From IMG/VR virus record IMGVR_UViG_3300033566_000019, positions 1 to 36,567 of that record: a DNA stretch of 36,567 nucleotides, one strand, 5' to 3'. The position numbers and the translations under genes are program-made. Source of the DNA: a virus. Taxonomy: Duplodnaviria; Caudoviricetes. The stretch's first letter is position 1; every line of letters begins with the position of its first letter. The notes under the pieces were generated by a model. That model ran no database searches. It was not told the origin of the DNA and was given only the letters and a program-made list of their open reading frames with translations. This document shows, one piece after another, positions 8,179 through 16,485 of the stretch.

Positions 8179-8595
8179 TCACGCGATGGAGATGGCGCCG
8201 TTGGTGCCGTCGAAGTCGATGGTGAACGTTTCGCCGTTCGCCAGCGTCACATCCTGGCCGTAGTCGCCGAACATGACTAGTTCGTCGTTCGTCGCCGTGT
8301 CGTTGTAGATGAACACGTGGCGGAACGTTGCGACCGCGCCCGACGCCGTCAGGACGTGATCGGTCAGCAGCAGCTTGTACGTCCCGCTGGTCTGCGAGGA
8401 CGACGTCGTTGTGATGTTGCGCGTGGAGAGGTTCGTGTACGCGATCGTCGTGATGTCCGTGAGCACGGAGTCGAGGGAGGCGCTGGGCGCGTTCGCGTTG
8501 GTGGTCAGCCCGACGACGAGCTGATCGGCTCCTAGGTTATGTACCTTCTCGGCGAGCGCCTCCACGAAGGAGTTGAACTTGTTCATCGTTGCCAT
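8179..8595 (-). CDS. small beta-rich virion structural protein (fibre/bead subunit type)
   Basis: Ends IYNDT...DYGQDVTLANGETFTIDFD..GAISIA, typical of small phage fibre subunits. AAAGGA RBS. Confidence 0.75.
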   Translation of the reverse strand: MATMNKFNSFVEALAEKVHNLGADQLVVGLTTNANAPSASLDSVLTDITTIAYTNLSTRNITTTSSSQTSGTYKLLLTDHVLTASGAVATFRHVFIYNDTATNDELVMFGDYGQDVTLANGETFTIDFDGTNGAISIA

Positions 8596-8607
8596 AGGTC
8601 AGTCCTT

Positions 8608-9366
8608 TCAAGCCGCGTCGGGCGGCGTATCGTCGTCGTCTTCCTGGCCGCGCAGCGGTGGCGGGGTGTAGACCTTGCGAAAGTCGCCAAGGTCCTCGAT
8701 GACCGGAGGTCGCCGCGAAGGGCTCGGCTCGGTTGGCGCCTCTCGGATCAGCTCCAAGGCGTCGCGCTCGTCCTCGTAGACGGATGACTGGACGAAGCTG
8801 TCGTAGTGCCCGGACATGCCCTTGGCGTACGCCTCGGCGGTCGCGGTGAAGTATCCTCGTGCGCGCAGGGCGGTGGCGAACGCCCGGTAGTCGCCGTCGA
8901 GGACGTGAGGCCACGCGGACGCGTAGCGCTTCTTCGCCAGCAGCGTCAGGTGACTCAGCATCGCGGCGTCCAGGTTCGGGTACGCGCGAAACCAAGTCGC
9001 CGGATGCGGGGGCTGGAAGACGACGCAGACGCGAGGCGCGACGGCCTTCACGTGGCTCGGGTTCGTGTCGAGCGCGGCCAGGCCCTTCGCGATGAGCGCG
9101 TCGGCTACGGCCTTGTCCACGCCCTCCCAGGTGCCTTTCAGCATGTGGTAGTCGTAGCCGTCGCCGGGGACGTGCTTCACGTTGCCGATGTTCCAGTTCC
9201 AGCAAGCGGCGCCGCCGGTTTCGATCATGTACTGCGCCCACAAGACGGCGATCGACTGCTTCTTTGGCAGCCCTTGCCCGACCGTGTGCCACCCGCGCAG
9301 GACGGCTCGCGCGTAGTCGCGCATGCTGACGACGGTGCGGGTGACTGGGACGTTTTGTTCGGCCAT
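8608..9366 (-). CDS. endolysin, glucosaminidase (GH73/FlgJ-like) family
   Basis: AQYMIETG...NWNIGNVK, FRAY, RY..A, F..AL...GYFTA...Y. Acidic Pro-rich tail. Confidence 0.8.
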   Translation of the reverse strand: MAEQNVPVTRTVVSMRDYARAVLRGWHTVGQGLPKKQSIAVLWAQYMIETGGAACWNWNIGNVKHVPGDGYDYHMLKGTWEGVDKAVADALIAKGLAALDTNPSHVKAVAPRVCVVFQPPHPATWFRAYPNLDAAMLSHLTLLAKKRYASAWPHVLDGDYRAFATALRARGYFTATAEAYAKGMSGHYDSFVQSSVYEDERDALELIREAPTEPSPSRRPPVIEDLGDFRKVYTPPPLRGQEDDDDTPPDAA

Positions 9367-9370
9367 CAGA

Positions 9371-9568
9371 TCACCGGATCTTCCTCGCGAACATCACCAA
9401 CTCTTTGAGCGCATCCGCCGCCGTCGACCCACGCGCGACATGCGGGACACCGATCTGGCTCGCGAAGCAGAACCAGCCGCCGTCCTCGTCAGGGCGCCAC
9501 GTGATGAGCCCGAGGCCGAGGAAGTCCGCGGCGCGCGCCCAGAAGCGAAGGCGAGTGCCGTGCTTCAT
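9371..9568 (-). CDS. small protein with HicB-like N-terminal fold pattern
   Basis: ATGA-coupled start. DEDGGW...ARGSTAADAL resembles the HicB pattern (DEDGG.....QG.T.EEA). Confidence 0.5.
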   Translation of the reverse strand: MKHGTRLRFWARAADFLGLGLITWRPDEDGGWFCFASQIGVPHVARGSTAADALKELVMFARKIR

Positions 9569-9777
9569 TGCGCACCCGGGTTCGTGGGCTCTTCGCCAGG
9601 GTCGTCGAGGTCGGCGAGCTTGCCGAACTTCGCCGCCTCGGCAGCGTCCGCGATGGCGTTGGCCCTTCGGATCTCCGCCTCGCTGATGAGCCGCTTCGCC
9701 TCGTCGGCCGGCACGAGCGCGAGTAGCAAGTCCGCCGCGATGCGGGCTGCCTCGAGGGCGACGTCCGCGGCGCTCAC
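9565..9777 (-). CDS. small Ala-rich helical protein (VSAADVALEAA...)
   Basis: GTGA-coupled start at 9777 within ORF 9565..10119. Confidence 0.6.
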   Translation of the reverse strand: MSAADVALEAARIAADLLLALVPADEAKRLISEAEIRRANAIADAAEAAKFGKLADLDDPGEEPTNPGAQ

Positions 9778-10028
9778 TTCGTCCTCGTGGTCTGACGGAT
9801 GCCGCACTCGTAGTCGACCTGCTGTCGGCACGCCTGCGACTCCGCCAGTGTGCTTGCCGCATCGACGCATCGGAGCAGTCGCGCGGTGTAGAGCGCTTCC
9901 TCGGTGCAGTACTTCGGCAGCGTCGGACCCTCCGCCGGCTTGCACGAGGCGAGCAGGTAGACGATGTACCCCAGCGCGCAAAGGAACAGCGCCGGGGCGA
10001 TGGCGTTCTTGATGTGCTGGCCGACCAT
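9774..10028 (-). CDS. putative lipoprotein (spanin-like candidate)
   Basis: Hydrophobic N-terminus ending in lipobox LASC, four more Cys, located in the lysis region. Confidence 0.6.
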   Translation of the reverse strand: MVGQHIKNAIAPALFLCALGYIVYLLASCKPAEGPTLPKYCTEEALYTARLLRCVDAASTLAESQACRQQVDYECGIRQTTRTK

Positions 10029-10480
10029 CACTTAACCCCCTTGCTAGCCAACCATCCGGCGATGGCGAGGCCGAGGAGGTACACGACGCGGCGCACGTGC
10101 GGGTTTGCGGCGACCGCATCGAGGCGCGTCAGGATGGCGGTCTGCTTCGCGAGCTCCGCCGACTGCTGCGCCGTCTCCGATTTGAGCGCGTCGATGACTT
10201 CCGCCTTTGCGTGGAATGCCTGAGCCGCCTCGTCGACATGCTTCGTGATAGCCTGGACCGTCTGCTGTGACGCGTGACGCTCGCTCTCGAAGGTGCGCAG
10301 CGTCTCGGCGCGGATCTCTTGCACTTCGCGCCGCAGGCTCCTTTGATCCTCGCCGATACGGTGGACCTCGGAGGCAAGGTGCTCGTCGGTCTTCTTCAGT
10401 CCGGCGATGTCCGAGCGGACGGCGCCCACGTCTTCGCGTAGCGCTCCGATGGCCTCGAGAATCTTGGCTGCGTCGTCCAT
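10028..10480 (-). CDS. coiled-coil protein with C-terminal TM helix (holin/lysis-accessory candidate)
   Basis: AAGGAG RBS before ATG 10480, heptad pattern, TM segment VVYLLGLAIAGWL. Confidence 0.7.
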   Translation of the reverse strand: MDDAAKILEAIGALREDVGAVRSDIAGLKKTDEHLASEVHRIGEDQRSLRREVQEIRAETLRTFESERHASQQTVQAITKHVDEAAQAFHAKAEVIDALKSETAQQSAELAKQTAILTRLDAVAANPHVRRVVYLLGLAIAGWLASKGVK

Positions 10481-10488
10481 GGTGCTCC

Positions 10489-10896
10489 TTATTCGCAAGC
10501 GCGCACGCGCCTGCACTCCTCGCGATCGCTTTCGGTTGGTGCCGCAGTCTCTGCTGGCGCCGACATGACGCCGTGCCCTGCGATGTGCCCGAGTCCGAGC
10601 GCGTGGCCGATCTCATGCGCCATCGCGGCCTCGTCTGCGTCCGGGGCGAGTCGGATCTCACGGCCGTTCGTCTCGGCGTTCGCGATGCATCCGTTCTGCA
10701 TCTCGCTCCGGTCGCGCAGGACCACGCGCCGGTCGCCCTCGCCGACGCTCTGCTGGACGATCGCGATCGCATTCCAGCGCTCGATCGAGCGCGAGAACGC
10801 CTCGCGCTTTGACGGCGACATGGCCGGCGGCAGCGACCAGCGGATCTCGCTGTGCCCGCAGGAGACGCACGCGATAAGGAGCAGGGCGGCTCTCAT
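10489..10896 (-). CDS. metzincin (matrixin-like) zinc metallopeptidase, probable lipoprotein
   Basis: HEIGHALGLGH zinc motif and Met-turn GVM. Signal peptide MRAALLLIACVSC. Confidence 0.85.
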   Translation of the reverse strand: MRAALLLIACVSCGHSEIRWSLPPAMSPSKREAFSRSIERWNAIAIVQQSVGEGDRRVVLRDRSEMQNGCIANAETNGREIRLAPDADEAAMAHEIGHALGLGHIAGHGVMSAPAETAAPTESDREECRRVRACE

Positions 10897-11642
10897 AGCG
10901 AGAGCCCGTAGCGAGCGTTGACGTAGGTTCTGATGTCGTCGAAGTCGGCGTCACTGCCGGCCGTTGTGAGGAAGCCGACGTCAGCGATGCGGCCGTCGAG
11001 AACGAGCGTTGCGGGCGCACCGAGGCGGAGGTTCGTGGTGGTGGTGCCCGTTGCCGTACTCGCGGCGGCGGTCTGGACGGTGCCGTTATCTACCTTCAGT
11101 CGGATGTCGGTGCCGTCGTAGCGCGCCTGAATGAGCGTCCAAGCGCCTGTGGAGATGGTGGCGCTTGCAGCCTTGGCGGCACCGTCCCAGTGGTACGCGT
11201 AGGCCGTCTTAGTGCCCGCGTTGTCGCGAACGTGGAGGCCGAAGTTCTGGCCCGACTCGTACCAGATCGCATCGTTGTCGTACGGGTTGGCGCTGTTCGT
11301 ACTGATCGCATCGATGTAGACGAGCGCCCAGTAGCGATAGGCGGTCGTGCTAATGAAGGTTCCGACCGTGGTCCCCTCGACGTAGTCATCCGTCGCGTCG
11401 AAGTCGGGGGGCGTGTGGCCGTTGATGGCGGTTCCGTCGGCGGGCCTGTTGCCGCCAGTGGCCTGCGTGAGATCGCGGCTGCCCGAGCTTCCCGCGCTAG
11501 CAACGCCGTCGAAGGTGCCCGTGGAGTTTTGGTAGCCCGTGGTCGAGTTTGCGCGCCACCATCCCGCGAGGGACAGCGTAGCCGGATCGAAGGTCGCCGC
11601 CGACACGATGACCGGGAGCGGTCGCGTGAACGGAGGGCTCAC
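10893..11642 (-). CDS. LamG/concanavalin A-like virion (receptor-binding) protein
   Basis: GTGA-coupled start at 11642. LAGWWRA..., WT.I..RYDG..IRL.VD, G.IADV, and YVNARYGL end. Confidence 0.75.
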   Translation of the reverse strand: MSPPFTRPLPVIVSAATFDPATLSLAGWWRANSTTGYQNSTGTFDGVASAGSSGSRDLTQATGGNRPADGTAINGHTPPDFDATDDYVEGTTVGTFISTTAYRYWALVYIDAISTNSANPYDNDAIWYESGQNFGLHVRDNAGTKTAYAYHWDGAAKAASATISTGAWTLIQARYDGTDIRLKVDNGTVQTAAASTATGTTTTNLRLGAPATLVLDGRIADVGFLTTAGSDADFDDIRTYVNARYGLSL

Positions 11643-13465
11643 GGGATCACTTCCAGCCGCGTAAGCACCGCGCCCCACTGGATGGTGGTCGACGCGGCGC
11701 CAGTGACGCGAAGGCGGATGGTGGTCCCCGAGTTGTCGGCGGTGGCGTCCCACCCTGCGACGTCTTCGCCGATGACCGTCGTGGTCGTGGTGCCGACCTG
11801 CGCGACGGTGCCGGCGTTATTTCTGAAGCACGCGCTGACCGAGTAAGCCGCCGCGGACGCCATCGTGGAGCGCGTGGCGACGACGAGCCATGTCACGAGG
11901 CACGTGACGTTGCTGCCCAGGACATAGCTGTCGAGCGTGGTGACGGTGGCGTCCGTCGTCTGTACGTTGACGGGGGTTTTGTTGTACTCGGTGACCTTCG
12001 AGTTGCCGTTTGCGATGGTCGACATTCCCGACGTCGACAGGACCACCTGAGTGGCGAACGTCGGACTGTCCATCGTCGCCGAGTTGGCGAAGACGAGGCC
12101 TCCGCCTGTGCCCGTCTCGTCGGTGCACGCGGTGCGGATGTTCGCGGACGAGAACGTGCCGAGCATCGTCGCGACGTTCGCGCCGAGCCCGCTGACGTCG
12201 TTGGCAATACGGACGGTGAGCGTGTTGCTCGCTCCGTTGATGGTCTTGTTCGTCAGCGTCGCGGCAAAGTCGTTGAAGACGAACGTGTCGTTTCCCGTCA
12301 GCAGCGGCAGCGTGACGGTACGGTCGGCGGCGAGGTTGGATACGGCGAATTTGTAGAAGCTGGTCCCGTCGGAGTCCGTGAACCACGGGAGCGCCGTGTT
12401 AGGGAACAACGCGCGGTTGTTCTGGAACTGAAACACCGAGCTGCCGCCCTGGAGGTTCACGCCGCCCGTGCTCGTTCCGGTGGCGCCGCGGACGTACGTA
12501 GTTAGCGCTGTGTCTCCGACATCAACAAGGTTGCTTGTGTTGATGGAGACGACGTTGCGATCTGTGCCGCCTAGATCCTTCCCGAGGATGCCTAGGTCGG
12601 CGTTGGTCAGTCGCACCTGTCCCGTGACGGCAGGGGTCGCCCCTGTGGCGCAAAAGCTGGAAAGTGCCGCGCTGGTGCCCGTCGCGGCGCCGATATTCGG
12701 CGTCACAAGCGTAGGGGTGTCGGCAAAGACGAGCGCGCCCGAGCCGGTCTCGTCGGAGATAGCCGTCGCGAGCTGCGCGCTGGTGCCGGTGACGGTGTTG
12801 CTGCCGAGGGCGATCGACTTGTTCGTGAGCGTGTCGGTCGTGGCCTTGCCCACGAGCGTGTCGGTGGCGTCCGGCAGAGTCAGCGTGCGCGAGCCCGTGG
12901 GCGTACCGTCCACGATTAGCGTGTTCGCGCCGTCGGTGAACTCGACGCCGTTGACCGCGATCGGCCGGTTCGTCGCCTCGTTGTAAGTCAGTCCCGACGT
13001 GCCCCCGAAGGCACCGCCGTTGTTGTACTGGAACTGATTGTCCGAGCCGCCCGGGGTGCCGCCACCGCCACCGCCACCGAGGGTGTTCGTCTCGTCCCAG
13101 ACGCCGGGCTGAATCCACAGATCGCCCCGAGCGTTGCACTTGCCGATGACGTCTTCGCCGCTGTCCGGCGACGCGTCGCGATCGAGGCCACCCGTAGAGT
13201 TGACGATGACCCACGTAGCCGTGCCCGCGCCGAGGCCGGTGATACTGTTCGGCGCGACACCGGAGGACTGGATCTCGATCGCCGTGTCGTCGTCGTCGCC
13301 CGCGGTAATGGCGATGCCCTCGGAGCGCCCGTAGCTCGTGCGATTCGCCGTGGTCGCCACGACGTACGCCGTGCCGTTCGACACGAGCGCTTTGCCAACT
13401 GCGACGGTGCCCGTAGAGCCGGACAGGTACGCCGTGCGGATCCAGTGCTGCTGTTGAGCGGGCAT
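11639..13465 (-). CDS. tail fibre / spike protein
   Basis: ATG at 13465. Poly-Gly hinge, GGSDNQFQYNNGG.FGG, repeated RT.TLP...DT...TLTNK.I fibre motifs. Confidence 0.8.
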   Translation of the reverse strand: MPAQQQHWIRTAYLSGSTGTVAVGKALVSNGTAYVVATTANRTSYGRSEGIAITAGDDDDTAIEIQSSGVAPNSITGLGAGTATWVIVNSTGGLDRDASPDSGEDVIGKCNARGDLWIQPGVWDETNTLGGGGGGGTPGGSDNQFQYNNGGAFGGTSGLTYNEATNRPIAVNGVEFTDGANTLIVDGTPTGSRTLTLPDATDTLVGKATTDTLTNKSIALGSNTVTGTSAQLATAISDETGSGALVFADTPTLVTPNIGAATGTSAALSSFCATGATPAVTGQVRLTNADLGILGKDLGGTDRNVVSINTSNLVDVGDTALTTYVRGATGTSTGGVNLQGGSSVFQFQNNRALFPNTALPWFTDSDGTSFYKFAVSNLAADRTVTLPLLTGNDTFVFNDFAATLTNKTINGASNTLTVRIANDVSGLGANVATMLGTFSSANIRTACTDETGTGGGLVFANSATMDSPTFATQVVLSTSGMSTIANGNSKVTEYNKTPVNVQTTDATVTTLDSYVLGSNVTCLVTWLVVATRSTMASAAAYSVSACFRNNAGTVAQVGTTTTTVIGEDVAGWDATADNSGTTIRLRVTGAASTTIQWGAVLTRLEVIP

Positions 13466-13467
13466 CG

Positions 13468-13926
13468 TCAGAACGCCGCCGACGCGGCCCACATGCGCAG
13501 AACGCCTGCCGTGCTCGCCGCCTTGACGACGAGGAAACGATCGACGCCGCGGTTGATGCGAATCGGAAGCGGCCCGTTGCCAGCTTTCAGGACGCCCGCG
13601 TAGGTGTTCGCGAACGCGAGCGCGGAGCCCGCGGCGACGGCTGCGGTGTTGTCGATGTCGTCCACGTCAGTGGTCGCCACCGCCGATGTTCCGGCCGCGG
13701 CGTCTGCCGAGACGGCGCCGGACGCGAAGTAGAAGTAGACATCGTTCGTCTCGGCCTGGAGCCACAGGACGACGCTTGTCGCGTCACGCTGCGACTCCTT
13801 CGGCGTGTAGCCGCCGAGGGCGAGGCTCTTCATGTCGTACGCGCGACACGTCGAATCGACCGTGAGGGCGATGACTTCGCCCCGACGCGGGGGCGCAAAT
13901 TCAGCAGTCTGGTAATCGGCGCTCAT
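13468..13926 (-). CDS. hypothetical virion protein (152 aa)
   Basis: GGAGG RBS, beta-rich, located between ejection and fibre genes. Confidence 0.7.
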   Translation of the reverse strand: MSADYQTAEFAPPRRGEVIALTVDSTCRAYDMKSLALGGYTPKESQRDATSVVLWLQAETNDVYFYFASGAVSADAAAGTSAVATTDVDDIDNTAAVAAGSALAFANTYAGVLKAGNGPLPIRINRGVDRFLVVKAASTAGVLRMWAASAAF

Positions 13927-13944
13927 GGGCGCCTCCCGTCCGCG

Positions 13945-16485
13945 TCAGCCCGACTTGCGGGCCTCTACGGCATCGAATCCCGCTTGGCTGATCTTCATGT
14001 TGACCGGCTGTCCGCCGGTCTGCGGGGGCTGCGGTCCAGACGCGTCGTCGGGGACCTTCTCTAGGAAGTCCGCCTGATGGCGCGCGATGGCGTCGGGGCG
14101 GAGATCGGGGCCAGCGGGCACCCCCAGCAGCTTGTCGATGCGCAGACGGTGGCTCTGCGAGAGCTGCTTGTTTTTTAGCATGTGTTCGGTCACGTGGGCG
14201 AGCAGCTCTGTCCGAAACTCGGCGAACTGCTCGGGCACTTCGTTGGCCCAGTCCAGGCCCTCGGGGGTGATGATGCCTCGGCCGAAGTCCTTCCACACCG
14301 CGCCCGGCTCGGTCGCGTACTTGTGCGCGCGGACCAAGCGATCCGCCTCGTCGTACGTCAGCGGAGGCACGCTGCGCGGATCGAGCGGATCGCGCCGGTC
14401 CTTCACGGGCACGTAGCGGGAGATGTAGTTGAAGGCGCGAATCGTCGCCGACGTGTACGCCGACGCGGTGCGGGGGCCTGCTGTGCGGCCGACGACTTCG
14501 GCGGCTTCGGCGAGGGCGTCCATCATTCGCTTCGGGTTCGCGCGGACCTGCCCCTGCCACTGCATGATCGCATCGGCCTGGCTGCGGAGCGCGACGGTTT
14601 CCGCCTGGCTCGCCTCGACGGTCTGCGCGGTGCGCTTCGGGGCCTTGCCTGCGGTCGCTGCGGGGGCCTCGGCGAGCACGCCCTTGACGGCTGCGGTGCG
14701 CGCTTCGTCGGCGGTGCGCAGGAGCTTCGCGAATGTGCCGCGATCCGCTGCGCGCGAGAGGAACGCCGCAGCAGCCGCGTTGCCTCGCTCACGGATCATC
14801 TTGCCGCCGAGGCCGAGCACCGGGGCTGCCGCGAAGTGTCCGGACGCGACCGACGACGCCACCGCGAATTTCTCGCCAAGGCCCAGGGTCGCGCCCTTTG
14901 CCGCGCGCGCCGCGCTGTCCTCCGCCGCCTCCTCCAGAATGCGCAGGCCGTGGAAGTCCTTCTTCAGGGCCTTGTATTCAGCGGCGAGCTCGCCTGGCAC
15001 TTTGCCGCTCGCACCGTCGAGCGCTTCGGTGATGAGGCCTTCGATCTTCCCTCGGAGGTTGCGCTTCAGCTCCAGCGCGAGCTTCGGATCCATGGTCGCC
15101 TGATCGGCGAAGAAGATCCGATCCATCGCCTTGCGTTCGCGGAGCAGATCTTGAACCGCCACCGTGTCGCCGAAGTCCTTGACGCCGAGTGACTGCCGCA
15201 GGTCCTCTGCGAACGCGCGCACCGAGCGGGCCGCGGGCTTCGTGGCCGCCGCCGATTCGTACTTGGCCGCGACCTCGTCCACCGCGTTCATGATCTCGAC
15301 GCCGTTCACCCGAGCGCCACTGCTCTCAGTGATCGCCCCAATGCGCTTGCCGACGCCGTCTAGCGCCGCCTCGGCGCGCGGAAGCATCTCGGCTGGCGTA
15401 CCGACCTTCGCGGCATGCCACGCGGCCTCCAGTGGAGTCGCCGCCTGCGGGCCCGTATCGAGCACGCCGTAGCGCATCCCGATCTCGCCGATATCCTTGG
15501 TCCCTCCGGGGAAGTGCGCCGCCGCCTCCTTCGCGTAGCGCGTCGACTGGAGACCGAAGCCGCCTCCGACGGCTTTCCATGCCTGCTCGTGAGCCAGGCC
15601 GCGCGCGAACTCGTTCGGGTTGCCGAAGGCCTCGGCGACACTGCCACCCAGCTTGGCCTCGCTTGCGCCACGGGAGAGCGACTTGACGATCCCTGCCTTC
15701 GCCGCCTTCGCTCCGGACGCCGCCAGCGAGCCCGTAAATCCGAGACCGCCGCCGATGACGCCGCCTGCGAGTGCGCCGTGTCCGATCGCGGTGTAGAGCT
15801 TCTCGCCGTTGACCTCATGGTCGTGGACCATGTCGTCCGTCGCCGACGTCACGCCCGAATAGATGGCCCCTTCGGTGGCGCCACGAACGCCCAGTCCGAT
15901 GCCGGTCGCCGCCGCCTTGCCGAGCGCCCCGCGTGCCGCGAGGCCCTTCGTCAGGAAGTTCGCGCCGCCTTCGAGTGCGCCGCCGACGCGCCCGATCGCA
16001 CCCGCGGGCGTCGCCGCGCCCAGCGCCGTGCCGCCCACAAGGCCCATCATCTCGCCCGCGCCGTGCGCGTAGGGGCTCGCGGTCTTCACGTCGTCGAGCT
16101 GCTGCGCGAACTTCGCGCCCGCGCCTGGCCCCGCGGTGGCGTCGATGGCCTTGCGCTCGGCGACCTCGTTCAGGCCTGCGGTCGCGCCATGCGTGACGCC
16201 ACGGTTGTAGGCCTCGCCCGTGGAGCCAGGGCCGCCCGAGTACATGAGCGGGTTCAGCGCGCCTGCGTACGCACCCACGGCCGTCGAGACCTTGCCGGCG
16301 ATGCCCGCCTTGTCCTCGCGCTCGGTCTGGCGGATCTCGGCGTCGTGCGTATCGGCCTCGGCCTTCGTCAACAGCTTGCCGCCGCCGCTGACGACGAGAT
16401 CCGCCTCCGACTCATCTACCGTTGCGAAACGGAGGCGGCCTGTTTTCGGATCGGGGGCGAGGACGGGAACGCGTTTCGCCATCAC
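13945..16485 (-). CDS. internal virion (DNA ejection) protein 3, Ala/Gly-rich
   Basis: 846 aa with Gly-zipper hydrophobic segments. Third large gene after the nozzle, as in podoviruses. Confidence 0.7.
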   Translation of the reverse strand: MMAKRVPVLAPDPKTGRLRFATVDESEADLVVSGGGKLLTKAEADTHDAEIRQTEREDKAGIAGKVSTAVGAYAGALNPLMYSGGPGSTGEAYNRGVTHGATAGLNEVAERKAIDATAGPGAGAKFAQQLDDVKTASPYAHGAGEMMGLVGGTALGAATPAGAIGRVGGALEGGANFLTKGLAARGALGKAAATGIGLGVRGATEGAIYSGVTSATDDMVHDHEVNGEKLYTAIGHGALAGGVIGGGLGFTGSLAASGAKAAKAGIVKSLSRGASEAKLGGSVAEAFGNPNEFARGLAHEQAWKAVGGGFGLQSTRYAKEAAAHFPGGTKDIGEIGMRYGVLDTGPQAATPLEAAWHAAKVGTPAEMLPRAEAALDGVGKRIGAITESSGARVNGVEIMNAVDEVAAKYESAAATKPAARSVRAFAEDLRQSLGVKDFGDTVAVQDLLRERKAMDRIFFADQATMDPKLALELKRNLRGKIEGLITEALDGASGKVPGELAAEYKALKKDFHGLRILEEAAEDSAARAAKGATLGLGEKFAVASSVASGHFAAAPVLGLGGKMIRERGNAAAAAFLSRAADRGTFAKLLRTADEARTAAVKGVLAEAPAATAGKAPKRTAQTVEASQAETVALRSQADAIMQWQGQVRANPKRMMDALAEAAEVVGRTAGPRTASAYTSATIRAFNYISRYVPVKDRRDPLDPRSVPPLTYDEADRLVRAHKYATEPGAVWKDFGRGIITPEGLDWANEVPEQFAEFRTELLAHVTEHMLKNKQLSQSHRLRIDKLLGVPAGPDLRPDAIARHQADFLEKVPDDASGPQPPQTGGQPVNMKISQAGFDAVEARKSG

